Below are positions 23,801 through 38,800 of a stretch of 64,000 nt of DNA, one piece after another; position 1 is the first letter of the stretch; each line of letters starts with the position of its first letter. The stretch spans positions 430,838,001 to 430,902,000 of the forward strand of contig OZ024740.1 in NCBI GenBank assembly GCA_964016885.1, read 5' to 3'. The stretch comes from Eledone cirrhosa. Its lineage: Eukaryota. Position numbers and translations under genes: made by a program. The notes beneath the pieces were generated by a model. The model made no database searches. It was given only the letters and a program-made list of their open reading frames with translations, and was not told the origin of the DNA.

Positions 23801-26800
23801 ATAGTGTTACTTAACTGAGCAGATGATATAATGTTACTTAACTGAGCAGATGATATAGTGTTACTTAGCTTAGCAGATGATATAATGTTACTTAACTTAG
23901 CAGATGATATAATGTTACTTAACTGAGCAGATGATATAGTGTTACTTAACTTAGCAGATGATATAGAGTTACTTAACTGAGCAGATGATATAATGTTACT
24001 TAACTTAGCAGATGATATAGTGTTACTTAACTTAGCAGATGATATAGTGTTACTTAACTTAGCAGATCATATAGTGTTACTTAACTGAGCAGATGTTATA
24101 GTGTTACTTAACTTAGCAGATGATATAGTGTTACTTAACTGAGGAGATGATATAGTGTTACTTAACTGAGCAGATGTTATAGTGTTACTTAACTTAGCAG
24201 ATGATATAGTGTTACTTAATTAGCAGATGATATAGTGTTACTTAAATTAGCAGATGATATATGTTACTTAACTCAGCAGATGATATATTGTTACTTAACT
24301 TAGCAGATGATATAGTGTTACTTAACTTAGCAGATGATATAGTGTTACTTAACTGAGGAGATGATATAGTGTTACTTAAAATAGCAGATGATATAGTGTT
24401 ACTTAACTTAGCAGATGATACAGTGTTACTTAAACTTAGCAGATGATATAGTGTTACTTAACTGAGCAGATGATATAATGTTACTTAACTTAGCAGATAA
24501 TATGGTGTTACTTAACTCAGCAAATGATATAATGTTACTTAACTTAGCAGATGATATAGTGTTACTTAACTTAGCAGATGATATAGTGTTACTTAACTTA
24601 GCAGATGATATAATGTTACTTAACTTAGCAGATGATATAATGTTACTTAACTTAGCAGATGATATAATGTTACTTAACTTAGCAGATGATATAGTGTTAC
24701 TTAACTTAGCAGATGATATAGTGTTACTTAACTTAGCAGATGATATAGTGTTACTTAACTTAGCAGATGATATAATGTTACTTAACTTAGCAGATGATAT
24801 AGTGTTACTTAACTTAGCAGATGATATAGTGTTACTTAACTGAGCAGATGATATAATGTTACTTAACTTAGCAGATGATATAGTGTTACTTAACTTAGCA
24901 GATGATATAGTGTTACTTAACTTAGCAGATGATATATTGTTACTTAACTTAGCAGATGATATAGTGTTACTTAACTGAGCAGATGATATAATGTTACTTA
25001 ACTGAGCAGATGATATAGTGTTACTTAACTTAGCAGATGATATAGTGTTACTTAACTTAGCAGATGATATAGTGTTACTTAACTGAGCAGATGATATAAT
25101 GTTACTTAACTTAGCAGAAGATATAGTGTTACTTAACTTAGCAGATGATATAGTGTTACTTAACTTAGCAGATAATATAGTGTTACTTAACTTAGCAGAT
25201 GATATAATGTTACTTAACTTAGCAGATGATATAGTGTTACTTAACTTAGCAGATGATATAGTGTTACTTAACTTAGCAGATGATATAGTGTTACTTAACT
25301 GAGCAGATGATATAATGTTACTTAACTTAGCAGAAGATATAGTGTTACTTAACTTAGCAGATGATATAGTGTTACTTAACTTAGCAGATGATATAGTGTT
25401 ACTTAACTGAGCAGATGATATAATGTTACTTAACTTAGCAGAGGATATAGTGTTACTTAACTTAGCAGAAGATATAATGTTACTTAACTTAGCAGATGAT
25501 ATAGTGTTACTTAACTTAGCAGATGATATACTGTTACTTAACTGAGCAGATGATATAGTGTTACTTAACTGAGCAGATGATATAATGTTACTTAACAGAG
25601 CAGATGATATAGTGTTACTTAACTGAGCAGATGATATAATGTTACTTAACTGAGCAGATGATATAGTGTTACTTAGCTTAGCAGATGATATACTGTTACT
25701 TAACTTAGCAGATGATATAATGTTACTTAACTGAGCAGATGATATAGTGTTACTTAACTTAGCAGATGATATAGAGTTACTTAACTGAGCAGATGATATA
25801 ATGTTACTTTACTTAGCAGATGATATAGTGTTACTTAACTTAGCAGATGATATAGTGTTACTTAACTTAGAAGATGATATAGTATTACTTAACTCAGCAG
25901 AAGATATGGTGTTACTTAACTTAGCAGATGATATAGTGTTACTTAACTGAGCAGATGATATAATCTTACTTAACTTAGCAGATGATATAGTGTTACTTAA
26001 CTTAGCAGATGATATAGTGTTACTTAACTTAGAAGATGATATAGTATTACTTAACTCAGCAGAAGATATGGTGTTACTTAACTTAGCAGATGATATAGTG
26101 TTACTTATCTGAGCAGATGATATAATGTTACTTAACTTAGCAGATGATATAGTGTTACTTAACTTAGCAGATGATATAGTGTTACTTAACTGAGCAGATG
26201 TTATAGTGTTACTTAACTTAGCAGATGATATAGTGTTACTTAACTGAGGAGATGATATAGTGTTACTTAACTGAGCAGATGATATAGTGTTACTTAACTT
26301 AGCAGAAGATATAATGTTACTTAACTTAGCAGATGATATAGTGTTACTTAACTGAGCAGATGATATAGTGTTACTTAACTTAGCAGATGATATATTGTTA
26401 CTTAACTTAGCAGATGATATAGTGTTACTTAACTGAGCAGATGATATAATGTTACTTAACTGAGCAGATGATATAGTGTTACATAACTTAGCAGATGATA
26501 TAGTGTTACTTAACTTAGCAGATAATATAGTGTTACTTAACTTAGCAGATGATATAATGTTACTTAACTTAGCAGATGATATAGTGTTACTTAACTTAGC
26601 AGATGATATAGTGTTACTTAACTTAGCAGATGATATAGTGTTACTTAACTGAGAAGATGATATAATGTTACTTAACTTAGCAGAAGATATAGTGTTACTT
26701 AACTTAGCAGATGATATAGTGTTACTTAACTTAGCAGATGATATAGTGTTACTTAACTGAGCAGATGATATAATGTTACTTAACTTAGCAGAGGATATAG

Positions 26801-29800
26801 TGTTACTTAACTTAGCAGAAGATATAATGTTACTTAACTTAGCAGATGATATAGTGTTACTTAACTTAGCAGATGATATACTGTTACTTAACTGAGCAGA
26901 TGATATAGTGTTACTTAACTGAGCAGATGATATAATGTTACTTAACTTAGCAGATGATATAGTGTTACTTAACTTAGCAGATGATATAGTGTTACTTAAC
27001 TTAGCAGATGATATATTGTTACTTAACTTAGCAGATGATATAGTGTTACTTAACTGAGCAGATGATATAGTGTTACTTAACTGAGCAGATGATATAGTGT
27101 TACTTAACTTAGCAGATGATATAGTGTTACTTAACTTAGCAGATGATATAGTGTTACTTAACTTAGCAGATGATATAATGTTACTTAACTTAGCAGAAGA
27201 TATAGTGTTACTTAACTTAGCAGATGATATAGTGTTACTTAACTTAGCAGATAATATAGTGTTACTTAACTTAGCAGATAATATAGTGTTACTTAACTTA
27301 GCAGATGATATAATGTTACTTAACTTAGCAGATGATATAGTGTTACTTAACTTAGCAGATGATATAGTGTTACTTAACTTAGCAGATGATATAATGTTAC
27401 TTAACTGAGCAGATCATATAATGTTACTTAACTTAGCAGATGATATAGTGTTACTTAACTGAGGAGATGATATAGTGTTACTTAACTGAGCAGATGATAT
27501 AGTGTTACTTAACTTAGCAGATGATATAGTGTTACTTAACTTAGCAGATGATATAGTGTTACTTAACTGAGCAGATGTTATAGTGTTACTTAACTTAGCA
27601 GATGATATAGTGTTACTTAACTGAGGAGATGATATAGTGTTACTTAACTGAGCAGATGATATAGTGTTACTTAACTTAGCAGATGATATAGTGTTACTTA
27701 ACTTAGCAGATGATATAGTGTTACTTAACTGAGCAGATGATATAATGTTACTTAACTTAGCAGAAGATATAGTGTTACTTAACTTAGCAGATGATATAGT
27801 GTTACTTAACTTAGCAGATGATATAGTGTTACTTAACTGAGCAGATGATATAATGTTACTTAACTTAGCAGAGGATATAGTGTTACTTAACTTAGCAGAA
27901 GATATAATGTTACTTAACTTAGCAGATGATATAGTGTTACTTAACTTAGCAGATGATATACTGTTACTTAACTGAGCAGATGATATAGTGTTACTTAACT
28001 GAGCAGATGATATAATGTTACTTAACTGAGCAGATGATATAGTGTTACTTAACTGAGCAGATGATATAATGTTACTTAACTGAGCAGATGATATAGTGTT
28101 ACTTAGCTTAGCAGATGATATACTGTTACTTAACTTAGCAGATGATATAATGTTACTTAACTGAGCAGATGATATAGTGTTACTTAACTTAGCAGATGAT
28201 ATAGAGTTACTTAACTGAGCAGATGATATAATGTTACTTAACTTAGCAGATGATATAGTGTTACTTAACTAAGCAGAATATATAATGTTACTTAACTTAG
28301 CAGATGATATAGTGTTACTTAACTTAGCAGATGATATAGTGTTACTTAACTTAGAAGATGATATAGTGTTACTTAAGTCAGCAGAAGATATGGTGTTACT
28401 TAACTTAGCAGATGATATAGTGTTACTTAACTGAGCAGATGATATAATGTTACTTAACTTAGCAGATGATATAGTGTTACTTAACTTAGCAGATGATATA
28501 GTGTTACTTAACTGAGCAGATGTTATAGTGTTACTTAAATTAGCAAATGATATAGTGTTACTTAACTTAGCAGATGATATAGTGTTACTTAACTGAGCAG
28601 ATGATATAATGTTACTTAACTTAGCAGATGATATAGTGTTACTTAACTTAGCAGATGATATAGTGTTACTTAACTTAGCAGATGATATAGTGTTACTTAA
28701 CTTAGCAGATGATACAGTGTTACTTAAACTTAGCAGATGATATAGTGTTACTTAACTGAGCAGATGATATAATGTTACTTAACTTAGCAGATAATATGGT
28801 GTTACTTAACTCAGCAGATGATATAATGTTACTTAACTTAGCAGATGAGATAGTGTTACTTAACTTAGCAGATGATATAGTGTTACTTAATTTAGCAGAT
28901 GATATAATGTTACTTAACTTAGCAGATGATATAATGTTACTTAACTTAGCAGATGATATAGTGTTACTTAACTTAGCAGATGATATAGTGTTACTTAACT
29001 TAGCAGATGATATAGTCTTACTTAACTTAGCAGATGATATAATGTTACTTAACTTAGCAGATGATATAGTGTTACTTAACTTAGCAGATGATATAGTGTT
29101 ACTTAACTGAGCAGATGATATAATGTTACTTAACTTAGCAGATGATATAGTGTTACTTAACTTAGCAGATGATATAGTGTTACTTAACTGAGCAGATGAT
29201 ATAATGTTACTTAACTGAGCAGATGATATAGTGTTTCATAACTTAGCAGATGATATAGTGTTACTTAACTTAGCAGATAATATAGTGTTACTTAACTTAG
29301 CAGATGATATAATGTTACTTAAGTTAGCAGATGATATAGTGTTACTTAACTTAGCAGATGATATAGTGTTACTTAACTTAGCAGATGATATAGTGTTACT
29401 TAACTGAGCAGATGATATAATGTTACTTAACTTAGCAGAAGATATAGTGTTACTTAACTTAGCAGATGATATAGTGTTACTTAACTTAGCAGATGATATA
29501 GTGTTACTTAACTGAGCAGATGATATAATGTTACTTAACTTAGCAGAGGATATAGTATTACTTAACTTAGCAGAAGATATAATGTTACTTAACTTAGCAG
29601 ATGATATAGTCTTACTTAACTTAGCAGATGATATACTGTTACTTAACTGAGCAGATGATATAGTGTTACTTAACTGAGCAGATGATATAATGTTACTTAT
29701 CTGAGCAGATGATATAGTGTTACTTAACTGAGCAGATGATATAATGTTACTTAACTGAGCAGATGATATAGTGTTACTTAGCTTAGCAGATGATATAATG

Positions 29801-32800
29801 TTACTTAACTTAGCAGATGATATAATGTTACTTAACTGAGCAGATGATATAGTGTTACTTAACTTAGCAGATGATATAGAGTTACTTAACTGAGCAGATG
29901 ATATAATGTTACTTAACTTAGCAGATGATATAGTGTTACTTAACTAAGCAGAAGATATAATGTTACTTAACTTAGCAGATGATATAGTGTTACTTAACTT
30001 AGCAGATGATATAGTGTTACTTAACTGAGCAGATGTTATAGTGTTACTTAACTTAGCAGATGATATAGTGTTACTTAACTGAGGAGATGATATAGTGTTA
30101 CTTAACTGAGCAGATGTTATAGTGTTACTTAACTTAGCAGATGATATAGTGTTACTTAACTTAGCAGATGATATAGTGTTACTTAAATTAGCAGATGATA
30201 TATGTTACTTAACTCAGCAGATGATATATTGTTACTTAACTTAGCAGATGATATAGTGTTACTTAACTTAGCAGATGATATAGTGTTACTTAACTGAGGA
30301 GATGATATAGTGTTACTTAAAATAGCAGATGATATAGTGTTACTTAACTTAGCAGATGATACAGTGTTACTTAAACTTAGCAGATGATATAGTGTTACTT
30401 AACTGAGCAGATGATATAATGTTACTTAACTTAGCAGATAATATGGTGTTACTTAACTCAGCAAATGATATAATGTTACTTAACTTAGCAGATGATATAG
30501 TGTTACTTAACTTAGCAGATGATATAGTGTTACTTAACTTAGCAGATGATATAATGTTACTTAACTTAGCAGATGATATAATGTTACTTAACTTAGCAGA
30601 TGATATAATGTTACTTAACTTAGCACATGATATAGTGTTACTTAACTTAGCAGATGATATAGTGTTACTTAACTTAGCAGATGATATAGTGTTACTTAAC
30701 TTAGCAGATGATATAATGTTACTTAACTTAGCAGATGATATAGTGTTACTTAACTTAGCAGATGATATAGTGTTACTTAACTGAGCAGATGATATAATGT
30801 TACTTAACTTAGCAGATGATATAGTGTTACTTAACTTAGCAGATGATATAGTGTTACTTAACTTAGCAGATGATATATTGTTACTTAACTTAGCAGATGA
30901 TATAGTGTTACTTAACTGAGCAGATGATATAATGTTACTTAACTGAGCAGATGATATAGTGTTACTTAACTTAGCAGATGATATAGTGTTACTTAACTTA
31001 GCAGATGATATAGTGTTACTTAACTGAGCAGATGATATAATGTTACTTAACTTAGCAGAAGATATAGTGTTACTTAACTTAGCAGATGATATAGTGTTAC
31101 TTAACTTAGCAGATAATATAGTGTTACTTAACTTAGCAGATGATATAATGTTACTTAACTTAGCAGATGATATAGTGTTACTTAACTTAGCAGATGATAT
31201 AGTGTTATTTAACTTAGCAGATGATATAGTGTTACTTAACTGAGCAGATGATATAATGTTACTTAACTTAGCAGAAGATATAGTGTTACTTAACTTAGCA
31301 GATGATATAGTGTTACTTAACTTAGCAGATGATATAGTGTTACTTAACTGAGCAGATGATATAATGTTACTTAACTTAGCAGAGGATATAGTGTTACTTA
31401 ATGTAGCAGAAGATATAATGTTACTTAACTTAGCAGATGATATAGTGTTACTTAACTTAGCAGATGATATACTGTTACTTAACTGAGCAGATGATATAGT
31501 GTTACTTAACTGAGCAGATGATATAATGTTACTTAACAGAGCAGATGATATAGTGTTACTTAACTGAGCAGATGATATAATGTTACTTAACTGAGCAGAT
31601 GATATAGTGTTACTTAGCTTAGCAGATGATATACTGTTACTTAACTTAGCAGATGATATAATGTTACTTAACTGAGCAGATGATATAGTGTTACTTAACT
31701 TAGCAGATGATATAGAGTTACTTAACTGAGCAGATGATATAATGTTACTTTACTTAGCAGATGATATAGTGTTACTTAACTTAGCAGATGATATAGTGTT
31801 ACTTAACTTAGAAGATGATATAGTATTACTTAACTCAGCAGAAGATATGGTGTTACTTAACTTAGCAGATGATATAGTGTTACTTAACTGAGCAGATGAT
31901 ATAATCTTACTTAACTTAGCAGATAATATAGTGTTACTTAACTTAGCAGATGATATAGTGTTACTTAACTTAGAAGATGATATAGTATTACTTAACTCAG
32001 CAGAAGATATGGTGTTACTTAACTTAGCAGATGATATAGTGTTACTTATCTGAGCAGATGATATAATGTTACTTAACTTAGCAGATGATATAGTGTTACT
32101 TAACTTAGCAGATGATATAGTGTTACTTAACTGAGCAGATGTTATAGTGTTACTTAAATTAGCAGATGATATAGTGTTACTTAACTGAGGAGACGATATA
32201 GTGTTACTTAACTGAGCAGATGATATAGTGTTACTTAACTTAGCAGAAGATATAATGTTACTTAACTTAGCAGATGATATAGTGTTACTTAACTGAGCAG
32301 ATGATATAGTGTTACTTAACTTAGCAGATGATATATTGTTACTTAACTTAGCAGATGATATAGTGTTACCTAACTGAGCAGATGATATAATGTTACTTAA
32401 CTGAGCAGATGATATAGTGTTACATAACTTAGCAGATGATATAGTGTTACTTAGCTTAGCAGATAATATGGTGTTACTTAACTTAGCAGATGATATAATG
32501 TTACTTAACTTAGCAGATGATATAGTGTTACTTAACTTAGCAGATGATATAGTGTTACTTAACTTAGCAGATGATATAAGGTTACTTAACTGAGCAGATG
32601 ATATAATGTTACTTAACTTAGCAGAAGATATAGTGTTACTTAACTTAGCAGATGATATAGTGTTACTTAACTTAGCAGATGATATAGTGTTACTTAACTG
32701 AGCAGATGATATAATGTTACTTAACTTAGCAGAGGATATAGTGTTACTTAACTTAGCAGAAGATATAATGTTACTTAACTTAGCAGATGATATAGTGTTA

Positions 32801-35800
32801 CTTAACTTAGCAGATGATATACTGTTACTTAACTGAGCAGATGATATAGTGTTACTTAACTGAGCAGATGATATAATGTTACTTAACAGAGCAGATGATA
32901 TAGTGTTACTTAACTGAGCAGATGATATAATGTTACTTAACTGAGCAGATGATATAGTGTTACTTAGCTTAGCAGATGATATACTGTTACTTAACTTAGC
33001 AGATGATATAATGTTACTTAACTGAGCAGATGATATAGTGTTACTTAACTTAGCAGATGATATAGAGTTACTTAACTGAGCAGATGATATAATGTTACTT
33101 AACTTAGCAGATGATATAGTGTTACTTAACTTAGCAGATGATATAGTGTTACTTAACTTAGAAGATGATATAGTATTACTTAACTCAGCAGAAGATATGG
33201 TGTTACTTAACTTAGCCGATGATATAGTGTTACTTAACTGAGCAGATGATATAATCTTACTTAACTTAGCAGATGATATAGTGTTTCTTAACTTAGCAGA
33301 TGATATAGTGTTACTTAACTTAGAAGATGATATAGTATTACTTAACTCAGCAGAAGATATGGTGTTACTTAACTTAGCAGATGATATAGTGTTACTTATC
33401 TGAGCAGATGATATAATGTTACTTAACTTAGCAGATGATATAGTGTTACTTAAGTTAGCAGATGATATAGTGTTACTTAACTGAGCAGATGTTATAGTGT
33501 TACTTAACTTAGCAGATGATATAGTGTTACTTAACTGAGGAGATGATATAGTGTTACTTAACTGAGCAGATGATATAGTGTTACTTAACTTAGCAGAAGA
33601 TATAATGTTACTTAACTTAGCAGATGATATAGTGTTACTTAACTGAGCAGATGATATAGTGTTACTTAACTTAGCAGATGATATATTGTTACTTAACTTA
33701 GCAGATGATATAGTGTTACTTAACTGAGCAGATGATATAATGTTACTTAACTGAGCAGATGATATAGTGTTACATAACTTAGCAGATGATATAGTGTTAC
33801 TTAACTTAGCAGATAATATAGTGTTACTTAACTTAGCAGATGATATAATGTTACTTAACTTAGCAGATGATATAGTGTTACTTAACTTAGCAGATGATAT
33901 AGTGTTACTTAACTTAGCAGATGATATAGTGTTACTTAACTGAGCAGATGATATAATGTTACTTAACTTAGCAGAAGATATAGTGTTACTTAACTTAGCA
34001 GATGATATAGTGTTACTTAACTTAGCAGATGATATAGTGTTACTTAACTGAGCAGATGATATAATGTTACTTAACTTAGCAGAGGATATAGTGTTACTTA
34101 ACTTAGCAGAAGATATAATGTTACTTAACTTAGCAGATGATATAGTGTTACTTAACTTAGCAGATGATATACTGTTACTTAACTGAGCAGATGATATAGT
34201 GTTACTTAACTGAGCAGATGATATAATGTTACTTATCTGAGCAGATGATATAGTGTTACTTAACTGAGCAGATGATATAATGTTACTTAACTGAGCAGAT
34301 GATATAGTGTTACTTAGCTTAGCAGATGATATAATGTTACTTAACTTAGCAGATGATATAATGTTACTTAACTGAGCAGATGATATAGTGTTACTTAACT
34401 TAGCAGATGATATAGAGTTACTTAACTGAGCAGATGATATAATGTTACTTAACTTAGCAGATGATATAGTGTTACTTAACTAAGCAGAAGATATAATGTT
34501 ACTTAACTTAGCAGATGATATAGTGTTACTTAACTTAGCAGATGATATAGTGTTACTTAACTTAGAAGATGATATAGTGTTACTTAAGTCAGCAGAAGAT
34601 ATGGTGTTACAAAACTTAGCAGATGATATAGTGTTACTTAACTGACCAGATGATATATTGTTACTTAACTTAGCAGATGATATAGTGTTACTTAACTTAG
34701 CCGATGATATAGTGTTACTTAACTGAGGAGATGATATAGTGTTACTTAAAATAGCAGATGATATAGTGTTACTTAACTTAGCAGATGATACAGTGTTACT
34801 TAAACTTAGCAGATGATATAGTGTTACTTAACTGAGCAGATGATATAATGTTACTTAACTTAGCAGATAATATGGTGTTACTTAACTCAGCAAATGATAT
34901 AATGTTACTTAACTTAGCAGATGATATAGTGTTACTTAACTTAGCAGATGATATAGTGTTACTTAACTTAGCAGATGATATAATGTTACTTAACTTAGCA
35001 GATGATATAATGTTACTTAACTTAGCAGATGATATAATGTTACTTAACTTAGCAGATGATATAGTGTTACTTAACTTAGCAGATGATATAGTGTTACTTA
35101 ACTTAGCAGATGATATAGTGTTACTTAACTTAGCAGATGATATAATGTTACTTAACTTAGCAGATGATATAGTGTTACTTAACTTAGCAGATGATATAGT
35201 GTTACTTAACTGAGCAGATGATATAATGTTACTTAACTTAGCATATGATATAGTGTTACTTAACTTAGCAGATGATATAGTGTTACTTAACTTAGCAGAT
35301 GATATATTGTTACTTAACTTAGCAGATGATATAGTGTTACTTAACTGAGCAGATGATATAATGTTACTTAACTGAGCAGATGATATAGTGTTACTTAACT
35401 TAGCAGATGATATAGTGTTACTTAACTTAGCAGATGATATAGTGTTACTTAACTGAGCAGATGATATAATGTTACTTAACTTAGCAGAAGATATAGTGTT
35501 ACTTAACTTAGCAGATGATATAGTGTTACTTAACTTAGCAGATAATATAGTGTTACTTAACTTAGCAGATGATATAATGTTACTTAACTTAGCAGATGAT
35601 ATAGTGTTACTTAACTTAGCAGATGATATAGTGTTACTTAACTTAGCAGATGATATAGTGTTACTTAACTGAGCAGATGATATAATGTTACTTAACTTAG
35701 CAGAAGATATAGTGTTACTTAACTTAGCAGATGATATAGTGTTACTTAACTTAGCAGATGATATAGTGTTACTTAACTGAGCAGATGATATAATGTTTCT

Positions 35801-38800
35801 TAACTTAGCAGAGGATATAGTGTTACTTAACTTAGCAGAAGATATAATGTTACTTAACTTAGCAGATGATATAGTGTTACTTAACTTAGCAGATGATATA
35901 CTGTTACTTAACTGAGCAGATGATATAGTGTTACTTAACTGAGCAGATGATATAATGTTACTTAACAGAGCAGATGATATAGTGTTACTTAACTGAGCAG
36001 ATGATATAATGTTACTTAACTGAGCAGATGATATAGTGTTACTTAGCTTAGCAGATGATATACTGTTACTTAACTTAGCAGATGATATAATGTTACTTAA
36101 CTGAGCAGATGATATAGTGTTACTTAACTTAGCAGATGATATAGAGTTACTTAACTTAGAAGATGATATAGTATTACTTAACTCAGCAGAAGATATGGTG
36201 TTACTTAACTTAGCAGATGATATAGTGTTACTTAACTGAGCAGATGATATAATCTTACTTAACTTAGCAGATGATATAGTGTTACTTAACTTAGCAGATG
36301 ATATAGTGTTACTTAACTTAGAAGATGATATAGTATTACTTAACTCAGCAGAAGATATGGTGTTACTTAACTTAGCAGATGATATAGTGTTACTTATCTG
36401 AGCAGATGATATAATGTTACTTAACTTAGCAGATGATATAGTGTTACTTAACTTAGCAGATGATATAGTGTTACTTAACTGAGCAGATGTTATAGTGTTA
36501 CTTAACTTAGCAGATGATATAGTGTTACTTAACTGAGGAGATGATATAGTGTTACTTAACTGAGCAGATGATATAGTGTTACTTAACTTAGCAGAAGATA
36601 TAATGTTACTTAACTTAGCAGATGATATAGTGTTACTTAACTGAGCAGATGATATAGTGTTACTTAACTTAGCAGATGATATATTGTTACTTAACTTAGC
36701 AGATGATATAGTGTTACTTAACTGAGCAGATGATATAATGTTACTTAACTGAGCAGATGATATAGTGTTACATAACTTAGCAGATGATATAGTGTTACTT
36801 AACTTAGCAGATAATATAGTGTTACTTAACTTAGCAGATGATATAATGTTACTTAACTTAGCAGATGATATAGTGTTACTTAACTTAGCAGATGATATAG
36901 TGTTACTTAACTTAGCAGATGATATAGTGTTACTTAACTGAGCAGATGATATAATGTTACTTAACTTAGCAGAAGATATAGTGTTACTTAACTTAGCAGA
37001 TGATATAGTGTTACTTAACTTAGCAGATGATATAGTGTTACTTAACTGAGCAGATGATATAATGTTACTTAACTTAGCAGAGGATATAGTGTTACTTAAC
37101 TTAGCAGAAGATATAATGTTACTTAACTTAGCAGATGATATAGTGTTACTTAACTTAGCAGATGATATACTGTTACTTAACTGAGCAGATGATATAGTGT
37201 TACTTAACTGAGCAGATGATATAATGTTACTTATCTGAGCAGATGATATAGTGTTACTTAACTGAGCAGATGATATAATGTTACTTAACTGAGCAGATGA
37301 TATAGTGTTACTTAGCTTAGCAGATGATATAATGTTACTTAACTTAGCAGATGATATAATGTTACTTAACTGAGCAGATGATATAGTGTTACTTAACTTA
37401 GCAGATGATATAGAGTTACTTAACTGAGCAGATGATATAATGTTACTTAACTTAGCAGATGATATAGTGTTACTTAACTAAGCAGAAGATATAATGTTAC
37501 TTAACTTAGCAGATGATATAGTGTTACTTAACTTAGCAGATGATATAGTGTTACTTAACTTAGAAGATGATATAGTGTTACTTAAGTCAGCAGAAGATAT
37601 GGTGTTACTTAACTTAGCAGATGATATAGTGTTACTTAACTGACCAGATGATATAATGTTACTTAACTTAGCAGATGATATAGTGTTACTTAACTTAGCA
37701 GATGATATAGTGTTACTTAACTGAGCAGATGTTATAGTGTTACTTAACTTAGCAGATGATATAGTGTTACTTAACTGAGGAGATGATATAGTGTTACTTA
37801 ACTGAGCAGATGTTATAGTGTTACTTAACTTAGCAGATGATATAGTGTTACTTAACTTAGCAGATGATATATGTTACTTAACTCAGCAGATGATATATTG
37901 TTACTTAACTTAGCAGATGATATAGTGTTACTTAACTTAGCAGATGATATAGTGTTACTTAACTGAGGAGATGATATAGTGTTACTTAAAATAGCAGATG
38001 ATATAGTGTTACTTAACTTAGCAGATGATACAGTGTTACTTAAACTTAGCAGATGATATAGTGTTACTTAACTGAGCAGATGATATAATGTTACTTAACT
38101 TAGCAGATAATATGGTGTTACTTAACTCAGCAAATGATATAATGTTACTTAACTTAGCAGATGATAGAGTGTTACTTAACTTAGCAGATGATATAGTGTT
38201 ACTTAACTTAGCAGATGATATAATGTTACTTAACTTAGCAGATGATATAATGTTACTTAACTTAGCAGATGATATAATGTTACTTAACTTAGCAGATGAT
38301 ATAGTGTTACTTAACTTAGCAGATGATATAGTGTTACTTAAGTCAGCAGATGATATAGTGTTACTTAACTGAGCAGATGATATAATGTTACTTAACTTAG
38401 CAGATGATATAGTGTTACTTAACTTAGCAGATGATATAGTGTTACTTAACTGAGCAGATGTTATAGTGTTACTTAACTTAGCAAATGATATAGTGTTACT
38501 TAACTGAGGAGATGATATAGTGTTACTTAAAGTAGCAGATGATATAGTGTTACTTAACTTAGCAGATGATACAGTGTTACTTAAACTTAGCAGATGATAT
38601 AGTGTTACTTAACTTAGCAGATGATATAATGTTACTTAACTTAGCAGATGATATAATGTTACTTATCTTAGCAGATGATATAGTGTTACTTAACTGAGCA
38701 GATGATATAATGTTACTTAACTTAGCAGATGATATAGTGTTACTTAACTTAGCAGATGATATAGTGTTACTTAACTTAGCAGATGATATATTGTTACTTA